A DNA stretch of 64,000 bases from a virus. Lineage: Duplodnaviria > Caudoviricetes. Position 1 is the stretch's first letter. Every line of letters begins with the position of its first letter. Made by a program: the position numbers and the translations under genes. The stretch is taken from the IMG/VR virus record IMGVR_UViG_3300029288_000067, positions 1 through 64,000 of that record, one strand, 5' to 3'. Below the pieces are notes generated by a model. The model made no database searches, was not told the origin of the DNA, and was given only the letters and a program-made list of their open reading frames with translations. This document shows positions 20,115 to 31,261 of this stretch, one piece after another.

Positions 20115-21023
20115 TCATAACTTTTTCCAAGTCACCCCACATTTAAAACAACTAGGAATCCCTAAATCATTCCTTGAAATAAAACCAATCTCTTTGGATT
20201 CTTCCCGGAGAAATTTGCACGAACAAGCTTTCTTGAATGTAAGAGTCATTGTCACAGTTGACGGCTCCACAGTATCATTTACATCTGAAACTTTTTTGAA
20301 GTTTTTATTAATATCTTTCAACATTTCCTCGAAATTATACCGACAACAATCTTGATTGTCTACCCCTAATTTTTTGAGTTCTTCTTCGTCACTATCATCA
20401 TTCCCAAAAGCACATTTCGTCTGTTTGTTGTAAGGGTTCCCTTCGGAGGGGATATATGCCCGGAGAATAGTTCCATCCCAATAGATAATAAAGAACACGG
20501 GGAATTCCCAATCTCCTCCGGCAAAAACTCCAAGGAAGGTAAGCCCGCTTTCAAGCGTGTGAAATTTACCACGGTAAGAAGTCATTTTATAAAAGGGCTC
20601 CAAGCTTACATTCTCACAATCAAAGTTAACTGTCATATCTCTTGGAGAAATAGTCAACAAATTGTGAGAGGGCGACACTCTTTTTGTTGCCGGTTTTTTT
20701 AAATACTCTTCCCGCTCTTGTTGCGATTTGCAACGATATTGAAGATCTTCTTCCTCTTCCTCTTTTATTTCAGGATGTTGCAGAATTTTTTCGGCAAGAC
20801 CTTCCGCAGAAATGGGCATGAAGTATCTTGTTTCTTTTTTCTCGAATTTATTCAAAATATCCGACATAGAAGGATCCTTTACAACATCTGTGGATTTACA
20901 AACCGGGCAACAAAGTTCATTGTTTTCCAATTTGACATAATAGAAGGGGCCAAACCATCCACAACTTCGACAAAGATGTGGGGTGTCTTTTGAAAGAATT
21001 TCCATTTTTTCTTTTTCTGACAT
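20115..21023 (-). CDS. conserved phage hypothetical protein
   Basis: Zn ribbon plus GGDWEFPVFFIIYWDG..LRAYIP.EGN; RBS before ATG 21023. Confidence 0.6.
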   Translation of the reverse strand: MSEKEKMEILSKDTPHLCRSCGWFGPFYYVKLENNELCCPVCKSTDVVKDPSMSDILNKFEKKETRYFMPISAEGLAEKILQHPEIKEEEEEDLQYRCKSQQEREEYLKKPATKRVSPSHNLLTISPRDMTVNFDCENVSLEPFYKMTSYRGKFHTLESGLTFLGVFAGGDWEFPVFFIIYWDGTILRAYIPSEGNPYNKQTKCAFGNDDSDEEELKKLGVDNQDCCRYNFEEMLKDINKNFKKVSDVNDTVEPSTVTMTLTFKKACSCKFLREESKEIGFISRNDLGIPSCFKCGVTWKKL

Positions 21024-21068
21024 TTTAATTTCTCCTGTATACATTCCCGGGCGAAGAGTTAATCCCAT

Positions 21069-22328
21069 TTATCCACCTCGGTAATTTTTAACATGCTCGA
21101 TATATTCTTGCAAGAACGGATTTTCGTAAGTCTTTACAAGCTTGTTTTCGTAGTTCAAGGCATAATCGGAGCAAGTCATCGTCAATTTTCTTTTACTCCG
21201 GGTGATGGCAACATAGAAAACACATCGGCTTTCAAAGTCATGCTCATCGATGCTCGATAGTGGGTTTACTTGAGCATAATACACATAATCATTCTCTTTC
21301 CCTTTGTAAGAATGAATTGTATGCAACCCTACGGCTTCTTCGGGTATCTTTTCTTCTTCCTTGCCCGTCTTTTCTTTCCCGTAAACATCCTGGGAAAGTT
21401 GCAGGCTCTCGTAGATATCAATGAATTGCTCGTGGTATGTTTTACTTGTGAATGCGGCATCCTCAGACGCAATAAAATATACATTGGATAGGGTAGAGAA
21501 AGCTTTTAAGAATTGCCCACGATCCACCCCGAAATCCAATTTGTTCGGATCGATTGGAATTGCAGACTCCTCGAAATTGAACAACCGGTCCATGGTGTTT
21601 GCAATGTTCTTGTTGAGGAGCGAAAAAGAACATCCAGTTGTATGCAATTGTTCGAGGGGAACAACAAAATCCTTCACAAATCGTGTGAGTGTTTTCTCCT
21701 GCTTTGTGATATTCCCAAAAGGAAAATCCAACACAGGTGTTTCATTGTCGTATTGCAATTTTATTCTTTCCAAGAATTTATCGCCGATGCCTTTGAAGGT
21801 ACGAATCAATTCACAGAAAGAAAAGATATCATGGGGGTTCACAAAAAGAGAATACAAGGAGTAAAGGAACTTGAAAGGGCTCTGCCGCATAACACTCCAA
21901 GAGTCATACTTCAAGTAATATGGAATACCGTAACTGATAAACCCTGATTCCATATCCGTGAGATTTTTGTTGGAGCGGCATAAAACAGATGCTTGGGAAT
22001 AGGGTATCCCTTGTGCCCGAAGTTCTTTGATATTTCGAGCAATATAATTGATCTCTTCTTTGGAGGTCTCGAATTGTTTGATATCAAGAACCCCCTTTTG
22101 TTCCGGAAGATGGGGCTCGGAAGGGGTATATTCAATTCCATGCATTGTAAAAGATTTCCGGAATAAATTGGACAAATCCACAAGCTGTTTTGGGGTTCGA
22201 TAGTTCTTGAGAATTGTGAATGTTTTTACATCTGGAAATAGGGTGTCAAATTGGTGGGAAAGAATATACTCGGAGTTACGCCAGAGATAGATACTTTGCA
22301 CGGAATCAAAAATAAAAGAAAGGGTCAT
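21069..22328 (-). CDS. UvrD/Rep SF1 helicase, C-terminal part (motifs III-VI)
   Basis: FDSVQSIYLWR (III), KNYRT (IV), VLCRSN (IVa), TIHSYKGKE (V), FYVAITRSK (VI). Confidence 0.9.
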   Translation of the reverse strand: MTLSFIFDSVQSIYLWRNSEYILSHQFDTLFPDVKTFTILKNYRTPKQLVDLSNLFRKSFTMHGIEYTPSEPHLPEQKGVLDIKQFETSKEEINYIARNIKELRAQGIPYSQASVLCRSNKNLTDMESGFISYGIPYYLKYDSWSVMRQSPFKFLYSLYSLFVNPHDIFSFCELIRTFKGIGDKFLERIKLQYDNETPVLDFPFGNITKQEKTLTRFVKDFVVPLEQLHTTGCSFSLLNKNIANTMDRLFNFEESAIPIDPNKLDFGVDRGQFLKAFSTLSNVYFIASEDAAFTSKTYHEQFIDIYESLQLSQDVYGKEKTGKEEEKIPEEAVGLHTIHSYKGKENDYVYYAQVNPLSSIDEHDFESRCVFYVAITRSKRKLTMTCSDYALNYENKLVKTYENPFLQEYIEHVKNYRGG

Positions 22329-22358
22329 CTATATGCTTTCTGTATTTGGATTTCAGAT

Positions 22359-22387
22359 ATTTCAACACAATACCGGGGAAAAGTCAA
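22359..22387 (-). promoter_or_regulatory. sigma70-type promoter for the helicase C-half
   Basis: TTGACT-17 nt-TGAAAT. Confidence 0.45.
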
Positions 22388-22626
22388 GGATCTGCAATAA
22401 GTGCTGCTAAAGTGGCAACATTTTTTAATCTCCAAGTGTGCCCACAATCACAAGAGGCATTAACATACAGAATATCCCCGGACTCATAAGTTCCTTGTTC
22501 TTCATCCCAAAGCCCATCCGGGGTAGTATTAAAAAATCCAACCGTAGTTCCAACTTCTGCAAGGGATGTTGCGGGTTTATGGCATTTTGGGCATAATACT
22601 CTTTTACGCTTTTTAGATTTAATCAT
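22384..22626 (-). CDS. hypothetical Zn-ribbon protein
   Basis: CPKC...CDCG. Confidence 0.55.
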   Translation of the reverse strand: MIKSKKRKRVLCPKCHKPATSLAEVGTTVGFFNTTPDGLWDEEQGTYESGDILYVNASCDCGHTWRLKNVATLAALIADP

Positions 22627-22627
22627 A

Positions 22628-22996
22628 TCATTTATACCCCTTTTTCAGAAGTTTCCGGAGTAATCGAATCATTGGTTTGGGGTCATGCCTTGACTCCAAA
22701 TATACAGAGGAATCAAAACCATCACAAATTTTCCCGGTTTCTATCTTAATAGGACATTCCCCACAAAGTCTTTCGTAAAAGAACAATTGGCACAAGGGGC
22801 ATGAGTTGACCCCAAATAAAAAATTTTCAGGGCTCCAACATTTTCTTTCATTGGGGCCAATGAAGTACTCCCCGTAAATAACATCGTGTTTCTTGAGGTT
22901 TTTCTTCAACGCCCCCTCCCATTTCAAGAGGGAGGAGGCTACCGGATTTTTAAGGTTGGGCTTGTAGAATTCTTTTTTCCAAGATTTAACAGACAT
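22628..22996 (-). CDS. hypothetical Cys-rich protein
   Basis: CPLC...CGECP. Confidence 0.55.
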   Translation of the reverse strand: MSVKSWKKEFYKPNLKNPVASSLLKWEGALKKNLKKHDVIYGEYFIGPNERKCWSPENFLFGVNSCPLCQLFFYERLCGECPIKIETGKICDGFDSSVYLESRHDPKPMIRLLRKLLKKGYK

Positions 22997-23005
22997 ATTG
23001 TGCTC

Positions 23006-24109
23006 CTATTCGTAGTCTCGGATGCAAATCCCGATTCCATGTAAAGGGATACCATCTGGGGTATATTCGAAAAATCGAACAGTGTACTTTTTGCCGATAT
23101 TGTTCGGAAGATCTTGATAAGCTTTTTGCCGTTCTTTCATTGTTCCTTTTGGACAAACTTCGAAGGGCTTATCTTCTTTTGTTTTACAGAGGTAAACACA
23201 ACTCCCGGCATATCTCCCCGATTCTGCAGTTCTTCCACCAATAATCTCGAATTCTTCCTCTTTGAACTCTTTGTACTTCTGCAGATCGTAAGAGCGGTAA
23301 TCGAAGACATACATCCCATCGAAATTTCGGAGGATAAGCCCTTCGAAGCCCTCTTGCACATAGAGGTCGTGGTATTTCTTGATATCTTCTTCTTTTTCGA
23401 TAATAACACAAGGTACCTTAATGATTTGTGGGTGGTTTTCTGGGATACAGGAGAAATATTTTTCGTATCGATCTTTGAAAGGCTTCGTGGTATCCGCAAC
23501 ATCGTAAATACAAAGCTGCAACGAGGCAGATGCTTCCTGCAGTCGTTTGACATATGACACGATAGTTTGTAGGGGGAGCCCATGGATATACACTTCCCCG
23601 TCAAAAATCTCTCCGGGAGGAATAATAGACTTTGCGGCTTCCACAAGATGTTGCAATGTCTCGTTGTAAGATTTTCCCTTGCGAGAAATAAAATCAATGT
23701 CGCCATCATTCTTTGTGAGACATCTAACACCGTTCAACTTGGGTTGCCCGTATAGAGGATATCTCAGCTTGTGTTTGTAATCCTTGAAGGGTTGCGCCAA
23801 CATGGGGAGAAGATTTACTTTATCCCCAATTTTTGACAAATCCTCAATATAATTGTTGTCCTTCTTTTTCTTCCACATAGATTCTGCTTCGGAAATAGCC
23901 TGATCTACCGGGGAGGTTTCATTTGCTTTCCCGATATTCTTTCCAGTAGCAATTACTTTCTCATCCAATTGTTTCTTACCATCCATTTGCCCATGCTCCC
24001 GGAAAATAGAAGCAGTGTTATTGGGGTGTTGTTCAATCCAGATGCGATACTGCTTACACTTACCTTTACTGGATTCCCCATACAAGGTTGGAAATTCTTT
24101 TGCAATCAT
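23006..24109 (-). CDS. lig: ATP-dependent DNA ligase
   Basis: QPKLNGVR (motif I), FDGEVY, EGFEGLILRN, LQKYKEF. Confidence 0.9.
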   Translation of the reverse strand: MIAKEFPTLYGESSKGKCKQYRIWIEQHPNNTASIFREHGQMDGKKQLDEKVIATGKNIGKANETSPVDQAISEAESMWKKKKDNNYIEDLSKIGDKVNLLPMLAQPFKDYKHKLRYPLYGQPKLNGVRCLTKNDGDIDFISRKGKSYNETLQHLVEAAKSIIPPGEIFDGEVYIHGLPLQTIVSYVKRLQEASASLQLCIYDVADTTKPFKDRYEKYFSCIPENHPQIIKVPCVIIEKEEDIKKYHDLYVQEGFEGLILRNFDGMYVFDYRSYDLQKYKEFKEEEFEIIGGRTAESGRYAGSCVYLCKTKEDKPFEVCPKGTMKERQKAYQDLPNNIGKKYTVRFFEYTPDGIPLHGIGICIRDYE

Positions 24110-26129
24110 TTGTCTCCCCCATTCATTAATTCTTCTTCGGTATAAAAATCCAAGGATTGTAGTTTTTCAACAAAATCCTCGGTATGCACATTGGAAAAGA
24201 AATACATATCCCAGAACCATAATTCAGGCTTATAAACCCGCCCGGACAATTCAGGGTGTCTTGCATTCATCCCTTTAATAAAGGATGACACACAGGAGAC
24301 AACTTTTCGGATCTCCAATTTGTCTTTTGCAGTTAGGGTTGTTTTACTCATATCCACCCTCTTTTCGATGTTGCTTGTTTTCCCACCAGAGTCTGAGCAT
24401 TCGAACATTTTTTTCTGCAAGGGTCACAAGCTCTTCGGTCACTTCCTCTTTGTGGTAACGATGCACCCCACCTTTACAGCCCCCGGAACACCAAACAAAA
24501 TGGAGAGCATCCAATTCTTTATTTTTTCTTTCAAGAACACTCTGCATTTCTGTAATTGTTGCTTTATGCGACCGACACATAAAACACCCGTGGTTCATCA
24601 TTTTCTTTCCGATATTGTATATGACCTTACATTTGGGGCAAAAAGGATCAAATCGGGCGCAAGTATTTTCTTCTCGGCAAATAGGGCAAGAATGGATTTT
24701 TTCGAAATCTGTCATATCATCCCTTATTCATATATTTCGTGCATGTTCTGTAATACTTTGTTCTGTTTATTCCAACTAATAATAGCAGAATTGATTGTTT
24801 TTTTCAAGGGTCCAGAATTTCCACACACATGACAAGAGATGTAATCCCCCGCATAGATAGTTTCCTTTTTTCTGTTCATTCGATATTTAACAACCCAACC
24901 CCCGGTATGCCCACAATAACATTTATTGAGTTTTTGTATCATGGTTTTTCTCCTCAATTTTTGAGTCTTTCATCCAATTATCGCAGATATATAGAATCCC
25001 CCGCCCAACACTCAGAAATAACCCCGAAGGAAAATGTAAAATTTTGTCTAAGATTCTCCATAAAAGGACTAATTGTATCCTAAAAATATCCCAAAAAGTG
25101 GCAATAGGGGCAATGATGAATAAACAAACAATAATTCCGGGTTCTTTTCGAAGATCCCCTATTTCCTGCATTGTTCTTTTCACGCCCAAAAATGCCAACA
25201 AAATGTAGAAAACAAAGCCTATTACCCAAAGAATGAACATCATTTGCTTGCATCTTCCTGAGCTTGACGATTGGCACAACTATTGGAGGAGCGTAGGTAG
25301 TGTTTACAATGCTCCGGAGGACCATTAATACCTTTTACTCCAAAGAGACACTCTGAGTATACCCCGAGACTATCACAAGGATATCTGGTTTGTTTTTTAC
25401 ACCTATTCTCAAGACCTCTTGCAATGTCGATAACTTTACCTTCGGGGTAATCAATACAGAATCCCTTTATGGGTTTTTCCAAGGGCTCAAGCTCTGCATG
25501 AAACGTCTGTGTTTTTGGGGAGAATAATATTTTTTGAATTTTGTATTTCATGATTCAACTTTATTCCCTTCCAGGATGGATTGAATTTTGAGAAGAATCT
25601 CAAAGGATAGAAATCTTTCGGTGGTAAGGATTGGACCATTTTTCCCAATAGTATACAAGAGAACCCCCTGTAAATCTGGGGTAATCCAAATACCCTCAAG
25701 AATCCCATCTTTTTCGTACGTGCCATGGGGTTTTCCAAGAGCCTGTTTTTCTTTTTCTTGTTTGGACATATGCTCTTTGTGGGAACGGTCAATAGCATCG
25801 AACCAGCCCAATAATTTATCATTTTCCTGTGTCATTGTTTTCTCCCATAAATTGTATTTTCAGTCCGAACATTGGGATTGGGAAAAAATAAAGGCATCTG
25901 TTTTTCTTGTCCCAATAAAAACCAATCCAAAAATCATACCATGCAAACATTGGGGTAACTGAGTATGTTTTCTTTTTTTCTTCTACTGGATTTTTAAACC
26001 GTGCAATAGCTTGTGTAATTTCTGCATCGGTTTCTTTTCTTCCGCATTCCGTGCAGATAAATCTCCTCTGATGAGGATTCCATGCATAACAAGGCATCTT
26101 ACATTGTGGGCATAGACGGAGCATATCTG

Positions 26130-26615
26130 TCATACAGTCTCCATTTTATTTTCTGTTGAATTTGTTTCAATCTTTTGAACCAAGTCTTTTAATAGAACAT
26201 TTACTTCTGGATCCGCAATTTCTGCATCTTTTGTAAAAACAACAGTATAAAAAATATCTTCGGGGTATTGTTTTAATACTGTCCGCATTGTGATACAGAT
26301 CTTGGGACTACCTGTTCGAGTAACCACGGTTTCAATCGTTTCTATAAGACTGGATTTTAATTTCAATGAATCCACATAGTAATTGGTAATGTCTCGGTAT
26401 AATGCTTGATACATGGCATAAAAACCAATACGGGCTACAAGAAATACAATACCGGCAAAAAGAAGAGAATAGGTAATGGGTTGATCCACCGTGCTTACAT
26501 ATTTCCCAATTTCAATGAGAACTGTTGCAGTGGTAAGCCCAAGAATAAGTTTATCTATGGCAGAGGGGTAAGTGTGTTGTAGAATTTTTTCAATGTTTTC
26601 CGGCATCTTTTCCAT
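26130..26615 (-). CDS. hypothetical membrane protein
   Basis: Two hydrophobic segments; RBS lies inside the end of the helicase N-half. Confidence 0.55.
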   Translation of the reverse strand: MEKMPENIEKILQHTYPSAIDKLILGLTTATVLIEIGKYVSTVDQPITYSLLFAGIVFLVARIGFYAMYQALYRDITNYYVDSLKLKSSLIETIETVVTRTGSPKICITMRTVLKQYPEDIFYTVVFTKDAEIADPEVNVLLKDLVQKIETNSTENKMETV

Positions 26616-27642
26616 GTGCTATCTCCTGTAGTTTGCTGAAAGAGTCTTTATCGGATAGTAAACAGAGTGCAAATTGATCTGGGGATAAATCTTGTGCCTC
26701 GTCGCAAAGAATATGGTCTATTCGAGCAAATACTTTTTTCTGTAATTCTGGATATTGCAATAAAACACAGACTTGCTGAAAGATCATATCGGAGAAATCC
26801 AGTAAATTGTTTTTGTACTTTTCGTGCAGGAATCTTTTTATGATTTCCACCCAATTTCCAAACAATAAATTCTGCGGGACTGTTTGTAAAATCTCATCGT
26901 ATGCTTTCGAGGTGTTGTTTTGATTGTTGAGGAGGACCCGCATTTGAGATATCGGGAGTAACCGGGCTGTTTTCCAAAAGGGCTCATTGCAATAGTCCTT
27001 GAATTCCCTTACTTCCACAAGATTCCCTTTTTCATTGAAAATGGGAAACACAGCATAAAGCACTTTCAAAGAAGCCACCATAGATTGAATTGCATTGTAC
27101 CAACTGTTCACCGTGGATAATTCTGGATAGGGTATTTTGCATTCCCGGCAAACTGTTTTACAGGTATCCCGGAATAATTTCACGGATTGATATTCGGATA
27201 GAATTGTTCGAACAAAACCGAAGTTTCTGCGAAGATGATACAGGGAGAAAGAATGGATGGTGGAGATGTGGGGGACCTTGTTGGGGTCATTCTCATATTT
27301 CTCGAAGAACTTCACATATCGTTCTTTCATCTCTTTTGCGGCTTTGTTTGTGAAGGTGATAAGAACGATCTTATACGGTTGCACCCTTTCTTCAATAACC
27401 AAGCGAATTGCCCGACCCACAATAGATCTTGTTTTTCCGCTTCCGGCCCCGGCAACACATTTCATAGAAATATTCGCGGGAGCATTGATCATTGTCTTTT
27501 GATAATCATCACACCCGGACATAAAAGCATCCAGATCTTTTTGTATGCTTAGAGTATCCGGAGACTTTTCCCGGCCTACCGTCATCCCGAACAGTGAAAA
27601 AGTATTATCCATAAAATATATGTTAGTTCTCTTTTCTTTCAA
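26590..27642 (-). CDS. UvrD/Rep SF1 helicase, N-terminal part (Q motif to motif II)
   Basis: DDYQ, AGAGSGKT, LITFTNKAAKEM, STIHSF, LDFSDM, ILCDEAQD; ends shortly after. Confidence 0.9.
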   Translation of the reverse strand: MKEKRTNIYFMDNTFSLFGMTVGREKSPDTLSIQKDLDAFMSGCDDYQKTMINAPANISMKCVAGAGSGKTRSIVGRAIRLVIEERVQPYKIVLITFTNKAAKEMKERYVKFFEKYENDPNKVPHISTIHSFSLYHLRRNFGFVRTILSEYQSVKLFRDTCKTVCRECKIPYPELSTVNSWYNAIQSMVASLKVLYAVFPIFNEKGNLVEVREFKDYCNEPFWKTARLLPISQMRVLLNNQNNTSKAYDEILQTVPQNLLFGNWVEIIKRFLHEKYKNNLLDFSDMIFQQVCVLLQYPELQKKVFARIDHILCDEAQDLSPDQFALCLLSDKDSFSKLQEIAHGKDAGKH

Positions 27643-28162
27643 CGGTTACAATGGTGTCGTTATGCCAGCCCCCATGAGCAACTAACAGTATTTTTTGGAT
27701 TTCAAATCCAAGAGTTTTTCCAATTCCCCCGGAATTCCACCCACATGAGACTACAAATCCATCATGTTTCACAATTCTTGCAATTTCTTTTTTAAGATTT
27801 CCCCAGTAGCTTGACTGCGTTGTCGCCATGTTTACACTTTGTCCGAGACGCTTGTAACATTCTGAGACCTGTCTTGGGGAATAAGGCGGGTCAAACAGTA
27901 ATATATCACAATGACAATCCATTATTCCTTTCAGGAATACAATAGCGTCTTGATGCGATGTGGCAGGGATAGAACAATCAAGATCATTGGTATAAAGACA
28001 CTTATCTGCGAAAGGGCTCTTGTTCACAAAAGGGTCACAGGCTACAATGTGATCTCCCTTTTTATTTCTTACTTGATCAAATACTGTCGTTATTATTTCC
28101 GTTATGGGTTTGATAGTAAATGTATTTTTATTTGGCATGGACCATTCTCTGTATATATGCAT
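27623..28162 (-). CDS. small adenine-specific DNA methyltransferase
   Basis: DPF..., TNDL, LLFDPPYSPRQ, HGG.HNDTIVTVE. Confidence 0.8.
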   Translation of the reverse strand: MHIYREWSMPNKNTFTIKPITEIITTVFDQVRNKKGDHIVACDPFVNKSPFADKCLYTNDLDCSIPATSHQDAIVFLKGIMDCHCDILLFDPPYSPRQVSECYKRLGQSVNMATTQSSYWGNLKKEIARIVKHDGFVVSCGWNSGGIGKTLGFEIQKILLVAHGGWHNDTIVTVERKEN

Positions 28163-28195
28163 AAAACTCCCTTTATGGTGAAAATAGCACAAACT

Positions 28196-29611
28196 TTACG
28201 AATTTACAACCCTCTTTGCATTATTTTCCATCAAAAGAGTCTTTTCTACTGCCTCTCGTAAGGAGATTTTCATTCGGAGCATGTTCATAAAACAGGAATT
28301 CACAAGAGCGTGTGAGTTTTTCCCGCTGTTCAAAATCTTGTTAACAACACACTCGTAATCAATCTCCTCGAAAAGTTTCCATTCATTCTGCAACCTGTCG
28401 AGCCCATATTTGTGAAACATACTGCAAAAAATGTCCCCTATTTTCTTTGCATCCGGGGGAGGACAATAAATTTTGATATCACATCTTCCCGGGCGCACAA
28501 TAGACTCATGTAAAGAATTGATATCGTTGACAATCAAAATACAAAGATCGTAAGAATTTGAGTCCAAGAAATTCAACAATCCCGCAACTTCTTCCGTTTT
28601 TGTTGAGTTGGCTTGTATATCAACATCATCAAGAATCACGATCTTTTTTGCTGCTAACCCCGAAAAAATACTGCTTGCATCAGCATATGATTCCGGGGAC
28701 AACCGAAACTTCAAAGCATCGGGAAAGACAGACAGCAAATGATTTACCGAGGAACTTTTACTAACCCCGTAAGACCCATATAATACAACCCCGGTTTTAA
28801 TCCCACAAGCCAAAGCAGAATTTGCAATTTTACACAATTGGGTAGAAATATCTGTATCGTACCATTCCGGGACAACCAAAGGAGAATATTTCATTTTTTG
28901 AACATACCCGAGGTGAAAGGAGTCTTTTCCGGCCAATTCAATTACATCCTTCGAAAGTTGTGCCAGTGTGCAATTTAAAAGACTCTGTTTAAATTTGTAT
29001 GCATCCGTCTCGGGGGTATATCCCCCAGAAACTTCTGGATGATAAAGAGTGATCTGCTCTTTTGTGAGAGTAACCGCAGTATTCTTATTATTCCAAAATC
29101 CCAAAATAAGGTAATCATGAATAGACTCTATATTCAAAAATTCCCCCGTTGAGATTTCCTTTAAATTGGGTGTTGTATTCTCATAAATCTTAACATCATC
29201 CAACAATTCCAAAAAAGCTTTTTTGTGCAAGAACACTTCTTTAAACCCGGTATTGATTAAGAAACCACACAGGGCATAAAACCCTGTGTGTTCATAAACC
29301 TTTCGCATACAGGGGGCAATATCCTGTAGATCGACCTTTTGTTTTACAGCATACAGAGAAACCAATCCGGAAATAAAACGAAACAATGCGGCAAATCCCC
29401 GGAAAAATTTCCAAATTGTTGACTCTTTTTTAAAGGGCAAAAGAGTTATTGCATCCCCAACAAGATGTAAGGTCTGAAGAACAAGCCCCCGTACATCCTC
29501 TTTTTGCAAGAATTCCAGGATATGCTCAATCTTATTCCTCAGAAGCTTTGGGGCAGAAGATATTCTCGAAAAAGGATGCACTGTTTTACTCGGGTCTTGT
29601 AAAAATTTCAT
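28196..29611 (-). CDS. AAA+ ATPase (BCS1/FtsH-like module) with atypical Walker A
   Basis: GVVLYGSYGVSKS, VILDDVD, LLNFLD, second region of homology VRPGRCD. Confidence 0.7.
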   Translation of the reverse strand: MKFLQDPSKTVHPFSRISSAPKLLRNKIEHILEFLQKEDVRGLVLQTLHLVGDAITLLPFKKESTIWKFFRGFAALFRFISGLVSLYAVKQKVDLQDIAPCMRKVYEHTGFYALCGFLINTGFKEVFLHKKAFLELLDDVKIYENTTPNLKEISTGEFLNIESIHDYLILGFWNNKNTAVTLTKEQITLYHPEVSGGYTPETDAYKFKQSLLNCTLAQLSKDVIELAGKDSFHLGYVQKMKYSPLVVPEWYDTDISTQLCKIANSALACGIKTGVVLYGSYGVSKSSSVNHLLSVFPDALKFRLSPESYADASSIFSGLAAKKIVILDDVDIQANSTKTEEVAGLLNFLDSNSYDLCILIVNDINSLHESIVRPGRCDIKIYCPPPDAKKIGDIFCSMFHKYGLDRLQNEWKLFEEIDYECVVNKILNSGKNSHALVNSCFMNMLRMKISLREAVEKTLLMENNAKRVVNS

Positions 29612-29988
29612 TGTTTATATTTTCCTGTTTTTCGGATCATCCAAGAAAGCTCTTGGATAGTTTTGTATACGATAATCCAACGGCCAAATTCTGTATCTGT
29701 AGTGGTATAATTGGAATCTTTTGCCAATTTCCTCAAACACCGATAAATTGTCCTTGTGCTCACATTATAAATTGTTGCAATTTCCTTTACAGAAAGTGTT
29801 GTTTTTTCATACGGGACAATCCATGCAATTTCTTGAAGCCATTTTTTGAAAATTTCCCGAATAAGGATATTTGTGGCTATTTCCGGAACAAGACCCCTTT
29901 CTGCCTCGTGAAGCTTTTTTTTCAATTCTTCTTCGAAATCAACCCGAAAATCATTCCAATATCTTCTCGGAAACTTCTCCTTATTCAT
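29608..29988 (-). CDS. HTH DNA-binding protein
   Basis: LSVKEIATIYNVSTRTIYRCLRKL; GGAGG RBS before ATG 29988. Confidence 0.7.
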   Translation of the reverse strand: MNKEKFPRRYWNDFRVDFEEELKKKLHEAERGLVPEIATNILIREIFKKWLQEIAWIVPYEKTTLSVKEIATIYNVSTRTIYRCLRKLAKDSNYTTTDTEFGRWIIVYKTIQELSWMIRKTGKYKQ

Positions 29989-30230
29989 TACCTCCTCCCC
30001 TGATTGAAGGATTGAGCAATACCTGCAATGATTGCCGCAAGGATTGCAAAACAGCCCATCATAAGAAAGAACCCAATAATGATGATTAATGGGGCAAACA
30101 TACATGCGACAATCACCCACCATGAGATTTGTGCTGTCCCTGTAAGTTTCAGGATAATAAGCACAATTGTCAGTAACCCCCAAAAACCAATACCAGATCT
30201 AGTCGTTTGAACCACAATTTCTTTTTCCAT
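29988..30230 (-). CDS. small phage membrane protein
   Basis: GIGFWGLLTIVLIILKLTG...SWW pattern, two TM helices. Confidence 0.7.
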   Translation of the reverse strand: MEKEIVVQTTRSGIGFWGLLTIVLIILKLTGTAQISWWVIVACMFAPLIIIIGFFLMMGCFAILAAIIAGIAQSFNQGRR

Positions 30231-30257
30231 GTTTATCTCCTTAATCTCGTGAGTACA

Positions 30258-30668
30258 TTAACTTGGACGTAACAATAAATCCTTGCAATGATGGAAATTA
30301 TTTGCATCTGTCTTGGCATGTCGTGTTTCATCATCCCATAGAGGGAAACAAACACTATCGATCCACTCCTCAATCATACCCCAATCAACCAGAACACTTG
30401 CGGGGTAGTAGAAGCAAACCATCTTGTCATTGATTTTGTTGAAGTCCAAGGCAACACAAATGGGGCGATCATTAATTCTCCCAACTTCAATCATCACCCC
30501 ACCCAATTGCTCCCATGTTTTAAATTTATCCTTGTATTGGAGCCAAAGGGAGTATTGGGAGAAATTATCGGCTTCCACCAAAAATACTGTTTCTGCCAAG
30601 AGAGGCGAAATAGCCGCTTGTTTCTTCTTGTTTACTGCGGCAACCTTACTCTGCAATCCATCCATCAT
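30258..30668 (-). CDS. hypothetical protein
   Basis: ORF track. Confidence 0.6.
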   Translation of the reverse strand: MMDGLQSKVAAVNKKKQAAISPLLAETVFLVEADNFSQYSLWLQYKDKFKTWEQLGGVMIEVGRINDRPICVALDFNKINDKMVCFYYPASVLVDWGMIEEWIDSVCFPLWDDETRHAKTDANNFHHCKDLLLRPS

Positions 30669-30683
30669 ATATTACCCCCAGTG

Positions 30684-30968
30684 CTAAAAACATTCAGTGT
30701 GAATTCGAACACACAGGTCAGAAAGTTCATCCACGATGGGCTTGAACACGGAGAGACGCCCGGAATACCCACTCTGCCCGTATTTTGTGGAATACTTGCA
30801 GATCTTTGCAATTTCCTCGGGGGTAAGTTGAATTCTCCCCATGCCAGTGATCTTCTTTTGCAATCTTCGAAGAAGGGTTTGAAAACCCCCCGTCCCTAAA
30901 ACCGGCTTTCGGAGCAACCTTTGACTTTTCCGAGGAATTTGATAACAGACCGTAAGAAAGTTACTCAT
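30684..30968 (-). CDS. hypothetical protein
   Basis: GGFQTLL..LQ...YG.SGY.GRL; GGAGG RBS. Confidence 0.6.
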   Translation of the reverse strand: MSNFLTVCYQIPRKSQRLLRKPVLGTGGFQTLLRRLQKKITGMGRIQLTPEEIAKICKYSTKYGQSGYSGRLSVFKPIVDELSDLCVRIHTECF

Positions 30969-31261
30969 ACAAGACCTCCATATAAAACTGTATTTGTAGA
31001 GGACTATTCACCCACAATAACACTATTGTTCATTTTTTTCAAGGCTTCGAGCAATCGATGCAAGTCTTCATTTCTTTTGTTGTTATCCGAGTACGTAAGA
31101 TCCTCCGTGCCCAAGATGGAATGGTTAACATATAGAACAATACTTGCTGAGTCTGTCTCCCATTGCCGGGTTTTGAAGGATACGAGATTCCGAAGATTCA
31201 ATACCGTTTGATCTGTATCATTGAAGAAGAAAAACATTTTATTGCCCTCCTGTATATCTAT

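Noticed and set aside
22318-26648. Excisable element or intein/intron rejoining the UvrD halves
   Set aside because: Only a 9-bp imperfect repeat (GACTCTTTC / GACCCTTTC), and it is out of frame; no recombinase, intein termini or intron core
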